A stretch of 64,000 nt of DNA, from positions 248,001 to 312,000 of the forward strand of contig NIVC01000708.1 of the NCBI GenBank assembly GCA_002269645.1, read 5' to 3'. Positions 46,365-58,094 of the stretch are shown here, piece after piece (position 1 is the stretch's first letter; each line of letters opens with the position of its first letter). The stretch is from Macrostomum lignano. Lineage: Eukaryota. A program made the position numbers and the translations under genes. The notes under the pieces are model-generated. The model did no database searches, was not told the DNA's origin, and saw only the letters and a program-made list of their open reading frames with translations.

Positions 46365-49300
46365 TCAGGACTCAAGCCGCACACAGTGCCAACCCAGCTC
46401 AGGCACGAGGCCCTCCTCAGACTCAGTGGCAGACTTGGGCAGCGCAGTGAGCAGATGCATCGGGCCGCCGATCTGTGCCTGGTTGTCGGCCGTCAGCTCG
46501 GGCACGTCGGACCTTTGCGGCGACCCCAACGGCGGCAGTGCGGCGCCTTTCGTGGCCGGGGCGCGAAAGAAGATGTGCCTGGCCAGCTGCCAGTCCACGA
46601 ACTCGTGGCGCTGCCAGGCCAGGTAGGAGTGGTCCCGGTACGTGTCATTGCTCAGAATGTGACAGTGCGGGCCCGAGCTGAGGGCGGCGTGCAGAGCGAA
46701 CAGGTCGTCAGCTGCGGCAGTTTGGAACAGGCTGATGGCGCCGATGCCTCCGTGCTGGAAGCGGAGCTTTTCCAGCAGAGCCTGCGGCCGAAGATGTTTC
46801 TTGGAAAATTTACTGCTAATACTGGGAAAGATGTCCCGTGCATACAGTAACGCTGGCACTGTATAAGAGTCGCTTAATGTGTCACTCATTGTGTCGCTCA
46901 TTGTGTCGCTCATTGTGTCCCTCAATGTACTGCTCATTGTGTCGCTCAATGTACTGCTCATTGTGTCGCTCATTGTGTCCCTCAATGTACTGCTCATTGT
47001 GTCGCTCAATGTACTGCTCATTGTGTCGCTCATTGTGTCCCTCAATGTACTGCTCATTGTGTCGCTCAATGTACTGCTCATTGTGTCGCTCATTGTGTTG
47101 CTCATTGTGTTGCTCATTGTGTTGCTCATTGCGTTGCTCATTGTGTCGCTCATTGTGTTGCTCATTGTGTTGCTCATTGTGTTGCTCATTGTGTCGCTCA
47201 TTGTGTCGCTCATTGTGTTGCTCATTGTGTTGCTCATTGTGTTGCTCATTGTGTCGCTCATTGTGTTGCTCATTGTGTTGCTGATTGTGTCGCTCATTGT
47301 GTTGCTCATTGTGTTGCTCATTGTGTTGCTCATTGCGTTGCTCATTGCGTTGCTCATTGTGTCGCTCATTGTGTCGCTCATTGTGTCGCTCATTGTGTCG
47401 CTGACTGTGTCACTGACTGTCGCTAATTGCAACACCAATTCAGGTTTTATTTACCTGAAATTTGCGCAGCTGGGCGTCCCGGCCGGTGCTATACTTGTAC
47501 AGCAAGCCAATGTGCAGCGGTTTTGGCGCCCGCTGTCCACGAATCATCCAGTTGACAGCGTCTGACAGGTGCGACACTGACTGCTTCATCGTGTAATGAA
47601 GCTGCGAATAAAAAGGTAGGTTAAGCGAATAAGTTACTTAACTTGACTTAATCTGATAATTGTCTTCAGGCCAATGCTCCTTCATACATGGTCTTTGTTC
47701 GGAACAAATGTGGCTGCACATCATAGTGTGACTCGACCGATTACGGGTCTTTGTCTAAGATCTCTGACTAGAAGTCTTTGTCCAATCTAAATCTGACTAG
47801 AAGTCTTTGTCCAATCTAAATCTGACTAGAGGTCTTTGTCCAATCTAAATCTGACTAGAGGTCTTTGTCCAATCTGAATCTGACTAGAGGTCTTTGTCCA
47901 ATCTAAATCTGACTAGAGGTTCTTGTCCTATCTAAATCTGAAAAGAGGTCTTTGTCTTTGTCCAATCTAAATCTAGGGTCTAGATACATACATAGTTTTA
48001 CCATATTAAGTCCAGCATACTAAACAATATAACAAAGACTCACCCATTGTGTATTGACCAGCCGGCCCCTGTGCAGCAGCAGATTGCTGGTGTCAACCAC
48101 CAGATCGAAGGGCCCGTTAGCAGCCGACGTCTCAGCCAGCCAGCGCCTGTAGGCGGCCAAGACGGCCGGGGGCCCGGGCTGGCCGGCGCCGCCTGTCAGC
48201 ACCCTGGAGACCGCGGCCAGGAGGTTGGCAACCTCGGCTTCGGTGGGCTCCGGCCGGTAGGCAGCTGGTGGAAAGCGGCAGCCGCAGGCTGGGCAGCTGC
48301 GAGCTGATAGGTGTTCGAGAATTGCCTTTTCGAGCTTATTTATATGTACAGGTCTTTGTACCCAGCCTAAATTATATGCACAGGTCTTTGTACCCAGCCT
48401 AAATTATATGCACAGGTCTTTGTACCCAGCCTAAATTATATGCACAGGTCTTTGTACCCAGCCTAAATTATATGCACAGGTCTTTGTACCCAGCCTAAAT
48501 TATATGCACAGGTCTTTGTACCCAGCCTAAATTATATGCACAGGTCATTGTACCCAGCCTAAATTATATGCACAGGTCTTTGTACCCAGCCTAAATTATA
48601 TGCACAGGTCTTTTTACCCAGCCTAAATTATATGTACGAGTTAAATTATCGTACAGATCTTTGTACACAGCCTATATTATACGTATATAATATGTCTTTG
48701 TACGTGTATACGTGTCTTTGTACCCAGCCTATTTTGTCACATGTTGGTCTTTGTCAAGCTCACAGTTGGTCCTGGTACAGCCTATTTCAGGTCTTTGTTC
48801 AGTCAATTTCAGTTGCTTTCCAACCTTCCAGCAGCCGTTTGGCTCACCTCGAATTGTCGACGAAGTCGCCTCACTCTCTGACGTCAGGACGTCGCTCAGG
48901 CTGACCGGCTGCGCCGTCCAACGTCGACCGTCGGCACTCGGGCTGAGCTTGTTCAGCAGGTCCACCAGGCGGGGCACCGCCGTGATGTCCACTGGCAGGC
49001 CTCGCCTGCTGGCCATGGGCCACAGCAAGCGGGCGTGGAGGTCGCTGGCGCTGCTCAGTCGCTTGGAGGCGGACAGCCCGTCCAAAAAGTCCTCAGTGAG
49101 GATTGGCAGCGCGCTGCGGAACTGAGGGATGGACAGCAGGCAGTTGAGCCTTTGGTTCGGCTTCATACCAACCTCCAGTGTCCATCCCGACACTCCAATG
49201 TCCATCCCGACACTCCAATGTCCATCCCGACACTCCAATGTCCATCCCGACACTCCCAGTGTCCATCCTGAAACTCCAATGTCCATCCCGACACTCCAAT

Positions 49301-51034
49301 GTCCATCCCGACACTCCCAGTGTCCATCCCGACATTCCTATGTCCATCCCGACATTCCTATGTCCATCCCGACACTCCCAGTGTCCATCCTGAAACTCCA
49401 ATGACCATCCGATACTCCAAATGTCCATCCCGACACTCCAATGTCCATCCCGACACTCCAATGTCCATCCCGACACTCCAATGTCCATCCCGACACTCCA
49501 ATGTCCATCCCGACACTCCCAGTGTCCATCCCGACACTCCAATGTCCATCCCGACACTCCAATGTCCACCCCGACACTCCGATGTCCATCCCGACACTCC
49601 AATGTCCATCCCGACACTCCGGTGTCCATCCCGACACTCCCAGTGTCCATCCCGACACTCCAATGTCCACCCGACACTCCAATGTCCATCCTCACACTCC
49701 CAGTGTCCATCCTGACACCCCGATGTCCACCCGACACTCCAATGTCCATCCTCACACTCCCAGTGTCCATCCTGACACCCCGATGCCCAATGGACATCAT
49801 CAAAGCATCCCTGACTGACACCCAGCAGCCCCCTTACAAGCCGATCGTGGCCGCCAAACTCGCTGGTGTCCCAGGCCAGCTCCGCCGCAGAGTACAGCTC
49901 CAACAGCTCCTGTTCGGTGCCGTAGCGAGCAACCAGCGCAGGATTCTTCAATAGAAAACCGGGCGTTCCTGTCAACTCCGATGCTGCCGGAGCCTCTGCT
50001 GGTTCTAAATCTTTGGCGCTGTCTGCGAGTGGGAAATGCGGGATGTACAGCAGAGCTGTATAACTTGGGCAAGGAGCACCGTTGCCGCCCCCTCCCTAGT
50101 GAGCATCGCTGCCCCCCCCCCCTAGTGAGCACTGATGCCTCCCTTAATGAGCACCGCTGCCCCCCAGTGAGCACCGCCCCCCCCCCCCAGTGAGCACCGC
50201 TGCCCCCCCCCCAGTGAGCACCGCTGCCCCCCCTAGTGAGCACCGCTGCCCCCCCAGTGAGCACCGCTGCCCCCCCCCAGTGAGCACCGCTGCCCCCCTA
50301 GCAAGCACCGCAGCCTCACTGGCTAGCCGTTTCCAGCGCTCATACAGCCGCCTGTGGGGGTGCCTGCTCAGCAGCTTGCAGGCCACGGCCGACATGCTCC
50401 TCAGCTGGTCAGAGGAGGCGCCGCAGTCAAGCAGTCGCTCGAGGGCGCGGTGCACCAAGTCTGGACAGTCGCCAGCGGAACAGGCACTGGCCACGGCCAG
50501 CAGCGAGGTCGGGCAGCTCCGCAGCGGCTCCTCGGCCAGGCCATGACTGGCCAGGCTATGGAACAGCTGGCCAGAGGCAGCGCCCGCCGATGTCAGCAGG
50601 CGCAGCAGCAGCGCCAGCCAGAGATGCCCGCTGCCGCCGCCTCTGCCCAACCGCCAACGCTCGGCTTCTTCTAGTAGGAATTGGCGCAGGCTGGCAAATG
50701 CTTTGGCATCAAGCGAGCAGTCAGCCGCAGCAGACAGAGCTTCAGTTAGCTGGATTTGTGGCTGAGCACAGGGAAAATTGGCATAGCGGTTGCGCAGCTC
50801 TGCCAGCAGGCGGTTGGAACAGCTGCCAGTCTTTCTTTCATTGGCTTTGCTGAGGCTCTGCTGGGCCTCCTGAACTGCTGGCAACAGTGGTGGCAGAAAC
50901 TCAAAGCTGGGCTGCTGGCCTTGGCCTGACCCTGACTGGCTGAGGCAGCGAATGTGGACTGAGGGCAGTAAGCGACTGGCTGCTGCCACTGCTTGCAGCA
51001 TCTCCTTTGTGAAGATACTGCGAAGAAGTGTCAT
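46365..51034 (-). CDS. PRORP: Mitochondrial protein-only RNase P catalytic subunit (PRORP/MRPP3), ~680 aa. Exons 51034-50320, 50022-~49838, ~49172-48848, 48303-48044, 47601-47455, 46781-46365 (exon 2/3 junction uncertain)
   Basis: Basic/hydroxylated presequence-like N-terminus; helical PPR-like region; RRWTAQPVSL then CPAC Zn knuckle; NYN motifs FDLVVDTSN, ADDLFALHAALSSGPHCHILSND, YRDH; late H and WHC Zn ligands. These match human PRORP motifs DGLN, DDPF, ITRD, RDH as recalled. Four of five introns have clean phase-consistent sites. Confidence 0.85.
46878..47420. repeat. 12-bp minisatellite (CTCATTGTGTTG/TCG)n in last PRORP intron
   Basis: Directly visible; produces SDTM/SNTM pseudo-ORF. Confidence 0.96.
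47760..47975. repeat. ~29-bp minisatellite (TCTGACTAGAGGTCTTTGTCCAATCTAAA)n in PRORP intron 4
   Basis: About 7 units. Confidence 0.93.
48345..48730. repeat. 32-bp minisatellite (CACAGGTCTTTGTACCCAGCCTAAATTATATG)n in PRORP intron 3
   Basis: About 9 near-perfect units plus a degenerate tail. Confidence 0.95.
49178..49790. repeat. 20-bp minisatellite (CCAATGTCCATCCCGACACT)n in PRORP intron 2
   Basis: About 30 units. Confidence 0.95.
50085..50310. repeat. ~21-24-bp minisatellite (GTGAGCACCGCTGCCCCCCCCCA)n in PRORP intron 1
   Basis: About 10 units with variable C run. Confidence 0.9.
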
Positions 51035-52895
51035 TGTGATTCAGTTGAATGATTCAGATTTTGCCATGAATAAGTTTTATAAAATGTTGAAGAGGTTTAT
51101 ATTTGACTATTCCTAAATTTAAAGTTGTAATATTTAAAAATCAAAAAAATCTCTTTTTGATTGAGCTTCAAACCTTGAGCTTTAACCTTAAAAACTGGCT
51201 CAACACAAGTAAAAAATATTTTAGAAAAGTCAGGTATGTCTAATTTAAACTTTTTAATTTAAATCTAATTTGAACAATTTCAATTTTTATTCTTTTAACA
51301 AAAGGCTTTTAGTTTGACAAAAAGTCATCATAATATATTTCTATAAACTTAAAGGCTATTAGATAAGACAAAACTCTAAACTAAACGAAACTAAAAAATT
51401 TAGTATGTTTTTTTAATAATCCTAAATGAATTTTATAATTGGACTAGTTAATATTCTAGTAGTACTAATAGAATAAGATTATAGCAAATTAAATTAAGGA
51501 TTCAAAAAAAGGATCCCAACGACCCAAAAGGAGGAAAAAAGCTGACTGCCTTCTCAAAAACCTACTTGAAACAAAAAACAATAGTCATTAAAATATTGCC
51601 TTTCATTTAGCCCTGGCACCTGCATTTCTAAGACTGTAGAATGCAAGGTCTATTTTTAAGAATTTCATTTGCAAAATTTATTTTGAAGACACTCTAATAG
51701 AGCCAATATTTTAAGTCTTTAAAGTTTTAATCTATAGGGCCTAGCTGCTGTCAATAAAGAATTAAAGAATTATCAAGACTAAAACCAGACTAGTGTAAAC
51801 AAGATTTGTAGCAAAGCAAAAACTTTACTATTTTATTTTTGAGCTTTTAATTCATCCATATACTAAAAATCTTTACTTCTAATACCTCTGAACTCAATGA
51901 TCACTCTAATGTACGTACCGTACTCTTCTGACTAATTAACCAACCAGCTGGTTGGTGGAAACTCATTCCTTGAAAATATAAAACTCGAATTTTTTAGCAG
52001 AAGCCTTAAAAGTAAAAAATAAATTCGTAAAGTACGTTTTTTCTTGTTGTCTATTCTATTTTTGTTTTGTTTTTTAATAATTCTATTGCTAATCTTCTTG
52101 TATTTTTGTTAATTTAGACTCAAGTAACTGAGTTTAAAAAATGTTTATTCTATGAATACTTTGGATTGTAAAACTTTCAATCTTTCTCTTTCAGCCTTTT
52201 GTTTCAGAGAATAGAATTAAGAATTCTATATTCAGTCATCAAAAATTGAATGAAACGGTTAACTAATTCTTGCATGCATTTTCATATTTTGGATGTAAAA
52301 GCATTCTACATAATATCGATAATGTGGATCACACATTCAGCTTAGTTTGGTTAACTGGCTGAATTTGCAAATCATATTGCTTCTATGATTTCTAAAATCT
52401 AAAAGTTGAGCCATGAAAATTTCGAGTAAAAAGGTTGAATTTCAACAAAATTTATTAAATATAGTCTGTCAACTTGAAGGCTTAGCATAGTTAAACTTTG
52501 ATAGTATTGGTTAACACTGCCATTTTTTTTGCTGCTGCCTAATTTTTTGTCATTCCAAATGTCATATTTAGAAAGAATTTTATCTTTTAAGTTTTTTATT
52601 GTGTTTGCTTATAAGATGGGTATGTTCTTCTATGCTCAGACCTAAGACTGCCATATTAGTTATCTCAATTATTCAACAATGAATTTTTTTGAAACAAAAT
52701 GCTTTATCATACTATCCCAAAATTTATTATTTCATTATTATTATTATCAATCAATTATATGCAGCAAACGATGTAAAATCTTATTTCCAATTTACAGCTG
52801 ATCATTCTGTTTTATAAAAACTTGAAAACTTCTTCCAGGACCCCACTGAAAAAGTTTGCAGCAAGTGGCTCCCCGATGGCGGTGTTATTGGAATT

Positions 52896-55800
52896 ATGAG
52901 CAGCGACAGCTCGGATGAGAAGTCTGTGACGCCTCCGCCTCTGCCTCCTGCTCCTGATGCCATCGAGATCCTGGATGCGCTCAACGACCGCGGTCGAATT
53001 CACTTCACTGTCCGCTCCTCGTTGCCAACCTCCGAAGGACCGACGCTCTCGCTGGCCCGCGTGTCCGTCATCCGCTGCCACGATGACTTCGCCAGGCTGG
53101 CGCGGCACCTCTCCGAAGTCGAGGACTTCGCTGGCTGCCTGGTGCCGCAGGCGCCCCAGGCGCCGGACTTTGCGGTGATTCGCTCCAAGCTGCTCCGCCT
53201 GAAGGCTGGCGGCGTTGGCGGCGCGCACCAGCTGACTAGCGAGGAGTACGGCCGGCTGAAGCTCGAGCTTGAAGGGTGAGCTTGGGACTTGAGCGCGTCA
53301 GGGATTAGGGTTAGGGTAGGTTTGGGGTTCGTGCCGTTGCACATTAATCTGGAGCTTGTGTGTGAAAATTGGCCCGGGGGGGGGGGTTGTTGTGCGTTTC
53401 GCAGCCAGGGGAGCCTCATTGCTGTTTGTGGGACGGATGTCGCCGAATCCGTCAAATATTATATAATTGTTATTAGGGGTTTGCAGTGTAATTTCGCCGG
53501 CCCCATCAATTCGCAGAGAGTACCGACACGCCTTTAAGAAGGCCATCGCCAGCCACGAAGCATTTCTCCGCTCCATTGCCGAGCATCCGCGCCTGCGGCA
53601 CGACCGGCGATTCCGAAATTTCCTGATAGACGAGTCGGAAGGTGGATCGGTAGGGATTTGAGTGCTTGCCGTAGCACTCCTGCTTTTATTGCAAATCCAT
53701 TGCGCTTTTTGCTGTACCATAGAGAGCCTACTGAAGATTTCTGCTAGTGGTTGCCAATAATGTTGTACAATATTTTTCTAAAATCTGAATATATGCTGTA
53801 ATTAATACTGTAAAACTAGCGTAAAACTCAGATAGTGTAATTTTTTAAGGCTAATTTCCTGGCAAAATACACTGCCGAGAAATGAAAAAATCCCATTTTT
53901 TCATTGCATAAGCAATAATTGCATTTGATCTGGGGCAGTGAAGATTACCATTCTTTCAATTTAGCATGCACAAAATATTACACAGCATATTACTCTGTCG
54001 TACATGCTAAACCAAAGAAATGGTACATGTAACCTTTGCTGCAGATCAACTGAGATCATTGCTTTTCCCCTCTTCGGAATGTATTTTTTTCCCAGGAAAT
54101 TGGCCTCGCAAAAAATTCAGCGATGTTTGATTTTTTAAGTCCTGTAACTACAACTCACGGGTGAGGTCCTGGCTCAGCGGCTGACTGACCAGCTGACGAA
54201 GCAGTGTTGACTATAACAAACCGTTCGCTTAAATCCTGACAGTCACACTCGGGCGGCACTAAGCAGCGAGTTCAGAGCCTGCTGCAACCGGGCCTCCTCC
54301 TGACAGCCCTGATTGACAGCCGGTCAGCCGTTGTGCCGCGAATTCTCGGCTCGGTAGCCGGGCCGGAGCCCGATGCTGATGGCGACGAGTTCTTCAACGC
54401 CCAGCGACGGTTTGCGACAGGCTATCAGCGAGCCCTGCTGCCGGCTCTGCGGTGTCTGGACCGGCTGGCCCTGCTGCAGAAAAGTGCGTCTGCTGCCGCT
54501 GTCTATCTGGTTTGGGTTGTGTATTTTTTTGTTGTGGTTATGTCTTGTTGGTTGTGGTTGTGTCTTGTTGGTTTTGGTTGTGTCTTGTTGGTTGTGGCTA
54601 TGTCTTGTTGGTTGTAGTTCTGTCCTTTGTCGGTTATGGTTATGTCTTGTATGTTGTGGTTGTGTCTTGTTGGTTGTGGTTGTGTCTTGTTGGTTGTAAT
54701 TGTGTCTTGTTGGTTGTGGTTGTGTCTTGTTGGTTGTAGTTGTGTCTTGTTGGTTGTGGTTGTGTATTGTTGGTTGTGGTTGTCTTGTTGGTTCTGGTTG
54801 TGTCTTGTTGGTTGTAGTTCTGTCTTTTGTCGGTTGTGGTTATGTCTTGTTGGTTGTGGTTGTGTCTTGTTGGTTGTGGTTGTGTCTTGTTGGTTGTAGT
54901 TGTGTCTTGTTGGTTGTGGTTTTGTCTTGGTGGTTGTAGTTGTGTCTTGTTGGTTGTGGTTTTGTCTTGGTGGTTGTAGTTGTGTCTTTTGTTGGTTGTG
55001 GTTGTGTCTTTTGTTGGTTGTGGTTGTGTCTTTAGTGGTTGGGATTGTATCTTTTGTTGTTGATTATGTGTTTAGTGATTAGGGTTGTGCCTTGGTCTTG
55101 ATCTATATTTGTGTCTCAGTTAGTTTTAGAATAACAGTTCAATAAAGTGCCAGCTGCTGTATAAACCGAGTGAGCCATAGCTGCTCTTCAAGACTATCTT
55201 TGATGTGATTTCCAGCGTCCCTCCTGCTCTCCGCAGACACGGCAGACAGTTTAATTCGAGTGTCCACGGCTGCTCAGGACTGCTCGAGAATTGAGCAGGT
55301 CAACGCGGATCGAGCATTGGCAGAGTGAGCTGACAGTTGTCTGAATTTATTGCTTTGATTTTAGCGTTTTTGCAGTGTTATACTACTGAGAGTAGGCTGT
55401 AAATTGGATTGTCAATTTTTATGCCTGTGATTAGCGCCGATGGGGAGGCGCAGGATGGCGCCAATGGAGAGGCGCAGGATGGCGCCAATGGAGAGGCGCA
55501 GGATGGCGCCAATGGAGAGGCGCAGGGTCGCGCCAATGGGGAGTCGCAGGATGGCGCCAATGAGGAGGCGCAGGATGGGGCCAATGAGGAGGCGCAGGGT
55601 GGCGCCAATGTGGAGTCGCAGGGCGGCGCCAATGGGGAGGCGCAGGATGGCGCCAATGGGGAGGCGCAGGATGGCGCCAATGGGGAGGCGCAGGATGGCG
55701 CCAATGGGGAGTCGCAGGATGGCGCCAATGAGGAGGCGCAGGGTGGCGCCAATGTGGAGTCGCAGGGTGGCGCCAATGGGGAGGCGCAGGATGGCGCCAA

Positions 55801-57435
55801 TGGGGAGGCGCAGGATGGCGCCAATGAGGAGGCGCAGGATGGCGCCAATGGGGAGGCGCAGGATGGCGCCAATGGGGAGTCGCAGGGTGGCGCCAATGAG
55901 GAGGCGCAGGGTGGCGCCAATGGGGAGGCGCAGGGTGGCGCCAATGGGGAGGCGCAGGATGGCGCCAATGGGGAGTCGCAGGGTGGCGCCAATGAGGAGG
56001 CGCAGGGTGGCGCCAATGGGGAGGCGCAGGGTGGCGCCAATGTGGAGGCGCAGGGTGGCGCCAATGAGGAGGCGCAGGATGGCGCCAATGTGGAGGCGCA
56101 GGGTGGCGCCAATGAGGAGGCGCAGGGTGGCGCCAATGTGGAGTCGCAGGGTGGCGCCAATGGGGAGGCGCAGGATGGCGCCAATGGGGAGGCGCAGGGT
56201 GGCGCCAATGGGGAGGCGCAGGATGGCGCCAATGGGGAGTCGCAGGATGGCGCCAATGAGGAGGCGCAGGATGGCGCCAATGGGGAGGCGCAGGATGGCG
56301 CCAATGGGGAGTCGCAGGATGGCGCCAATGAGGAGGCGCAGGATGGCGCCAATGGGGAGGCGCAGGATGGCGCCAATGTGGAGGCGCAGGGTGGCGCCAA
56401 TGAGGAGGCGCAGGGTGGCGCCAATGTGGAGGCGCAGGATGGCGCCAATGTGGAGGCGCAGGGTGGCGCCAATGGTGAGGCGCAGGATGATTTCCAAATA
56501 AGCCGCCGAATCCCCCCGATGTGCCCCAGCAGGTTTCTGCGTCACTTCGGCGACCACTTCGAGCTCTACCGTCGAGCTGAGGCGCAGCTGGCCGCCGAGA
56601 TGGATGCCGGCCTCGCCGACAGCCTGCACCGCCTCGCCGCCGACTGCTCCGCCGTTGTCGCCCTGCCGGACCGTCGGCGGCGACTGGCTGCCAGTTTAGA
56701 GGCCGCCAGCGCCCGCCTGCGCCGCGCCCGGCAACCCTCGGAGGAGGCCGACGCCGCCAAAGCCCGGCTGGCCGCCTTCCACCGCCTCAACGAAGTCACC
56801 GACGTCGCCAGGCTGGAGCTGCTGGGCTTCCGGAAGCGCTGGCTGCTGGCGCTGTGCGGCCGTCTGGTGGATACGGGCGAGATGCGCATCCGCCATGCCA
56901 GGGTGAGGCCTCCCAGATCCTCAGTTGCTGGGCCAGCCTCCCAGATCCTCAGTTGCTGGGCCAGCCTCCCAGATCCTCAGTTGCTGGGCAAGCCTCCCAG
57001 ATCCTCAGTTGCTGGGCAAGCCTCCCAGATCCTCAGTTGCTGGGCCAGCCTCCCAGATCCACAACTGAGATCCTCAGTTGCTGGGCCAGCCTCCCAGATC
57101 CCCAACTGAGATCCTCAGTTGCTGGGCCAGCCTCCCAGATCCCCAACTGAGATCCTCGGTTGCTGGGCCAGCCTCCCAGATCCCCAACTGAGATCCTCGG
57201 TTGCTGGGCCAGCCTCCCAGATCCCCAACTGAGATCCTCAGTTCCTGGGCAAGCCTCCCAGATCCTCAGTTGCTGGGCCAGCCTCCCAGATCCTGTTCAC
57301 CCGGGGAGAAAGTTGCCGGTGGCTATCGAGGCTAGACTGTAAGGTTGAGAGTCTGAGTCAAGATGAATTATTGTGCACTTTCAGAGCCAAGTGCAACTTC
57401 TAAAGGAAACAATCGACAAGCTGAGGAATGACTGA
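52896..57435 (+). CDS. SNX6: SNX5/6/32-type PX-BAR sorting nexin, ~416 aa. Exons 52896-53275, 53517-53649, 54096-54160, 54320-54483, 55237-55324, 56533-56902, 57385-57435
   Basis: PX domain with the SNX5/6-specific helical insertion (LDALNDRGRIHFTV, VIRCHDDF, FAGCLVPQAPQAPDF, ELEGEYRHAFKKAIASHEAFLRSIAEHPRL), BAR helices (DEFFNAQRRF, FRKRWLLALCGRLVDTGEMRIRHA). All six introns GT-AG and phase-consistent; CDS 1251 nt. Orthology within SNX5/6/32 not resolved. Confidence 0.85.
54520..55070. repeat. 20-bp GT-rich minisatellite (GGTTGTGGTTGTGTCTTGTT)n in SNX intron 4
   Basis: Directly visible. Confidence 0.94.
55437..56490. repeat. 24-bp minisatellite (GGCGCAGGATGGCGCCAATGGGGA)n in SNX intron 5
   Basis: About 44 units; gives 8-aa pseudo-repeats in several frames. 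Confidence 0.96.
56908..57292. repeat. 28/41-bp minisatellite (CCTCCCAGATCCTCAGTTGCTGGGCCAG)n in last SNX intron
   Basis: Starts 5 nt after the donor; two unit lengths. Confidence 0.93.
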
Positions 57436-58094
57436 CGCTCAGGGCATCCGGGATCCACTTGTCAGACTGGATGCTTGTCCATGGCTTGCTAACTATCAGT
57501 TTTTTGTATCGGTGTTTTGCGACCCATCTTTGTGTTGCCTTCCGCTATAAAGTCTATATATAAGTGTTGTCACATCAAAGTGTCTTCAAGCGTCACGTGT
57601 CATGACGTCAGCTTAATTCCATTGTGTAAGTTGGGCTACCCGTTCAATGATATTTCCTTCACTTTATTACAACGAGAAATTAGTCAATCAACTTAAAGCT
57701 TCTGCAATATTATTTTATTATTGCATTTCTTCGCGGAACATGCCTGCCCTCTATTCCCCGAAAATTGTACTATAAAACATCATAGTGCAAAAATAAATTT
57801 GTTTTAATTTACATGGTTGTATGCTTTTAGATTAAAATTTTTGTTTTCAGTATTTTAAAATCTCATTCTAAATGTTGTCTGTCTGCTCGAGCTGATTGAA
57901 AGGACCAACGGTTTGTTTACAGTTACAATACAAAGCAAGGTTTTCTGTTTTACTTGGTGTTTCTATCTAGTCAAATATTATATTTATGTATTGTTTTTGT
58001 GAACTCTTTTGCAGCTCCTTTTTCTGTGATTTTAAATACTCTGCGATTCGCAGCATTTTTGTAGCAACTTGAAACGGGCAAGAGTCGTGCGGTT

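Noticed and set aside
46365-47438. 357-aa ORF with SDTM/SNTM repeats
   Set aside because: 12-bp repeat inside the last PRORP intron; intron retention would hit a stop (GTA AAT AAA ACC TGA) right after the donor.
48729-49975. ORFs with MDIGVSGWTLECRDGHWSVG or MSIPTLQCPSRHS repeats
   Set aside because: Products of the 20-bp intronic minisatellite; only the flanking parts belong to PRORP exons 2 and 3.
55409-57109. 566-aa ORF with EAQDGANG repeats (and 350-400 aa ORFs in other frames)
   Set aside because: A 24-bp intronic minisatellite that happens to be in frame with SNX exon 6; a clean acceptor at 56532 and phase match with exon 5 explain the real coding part.
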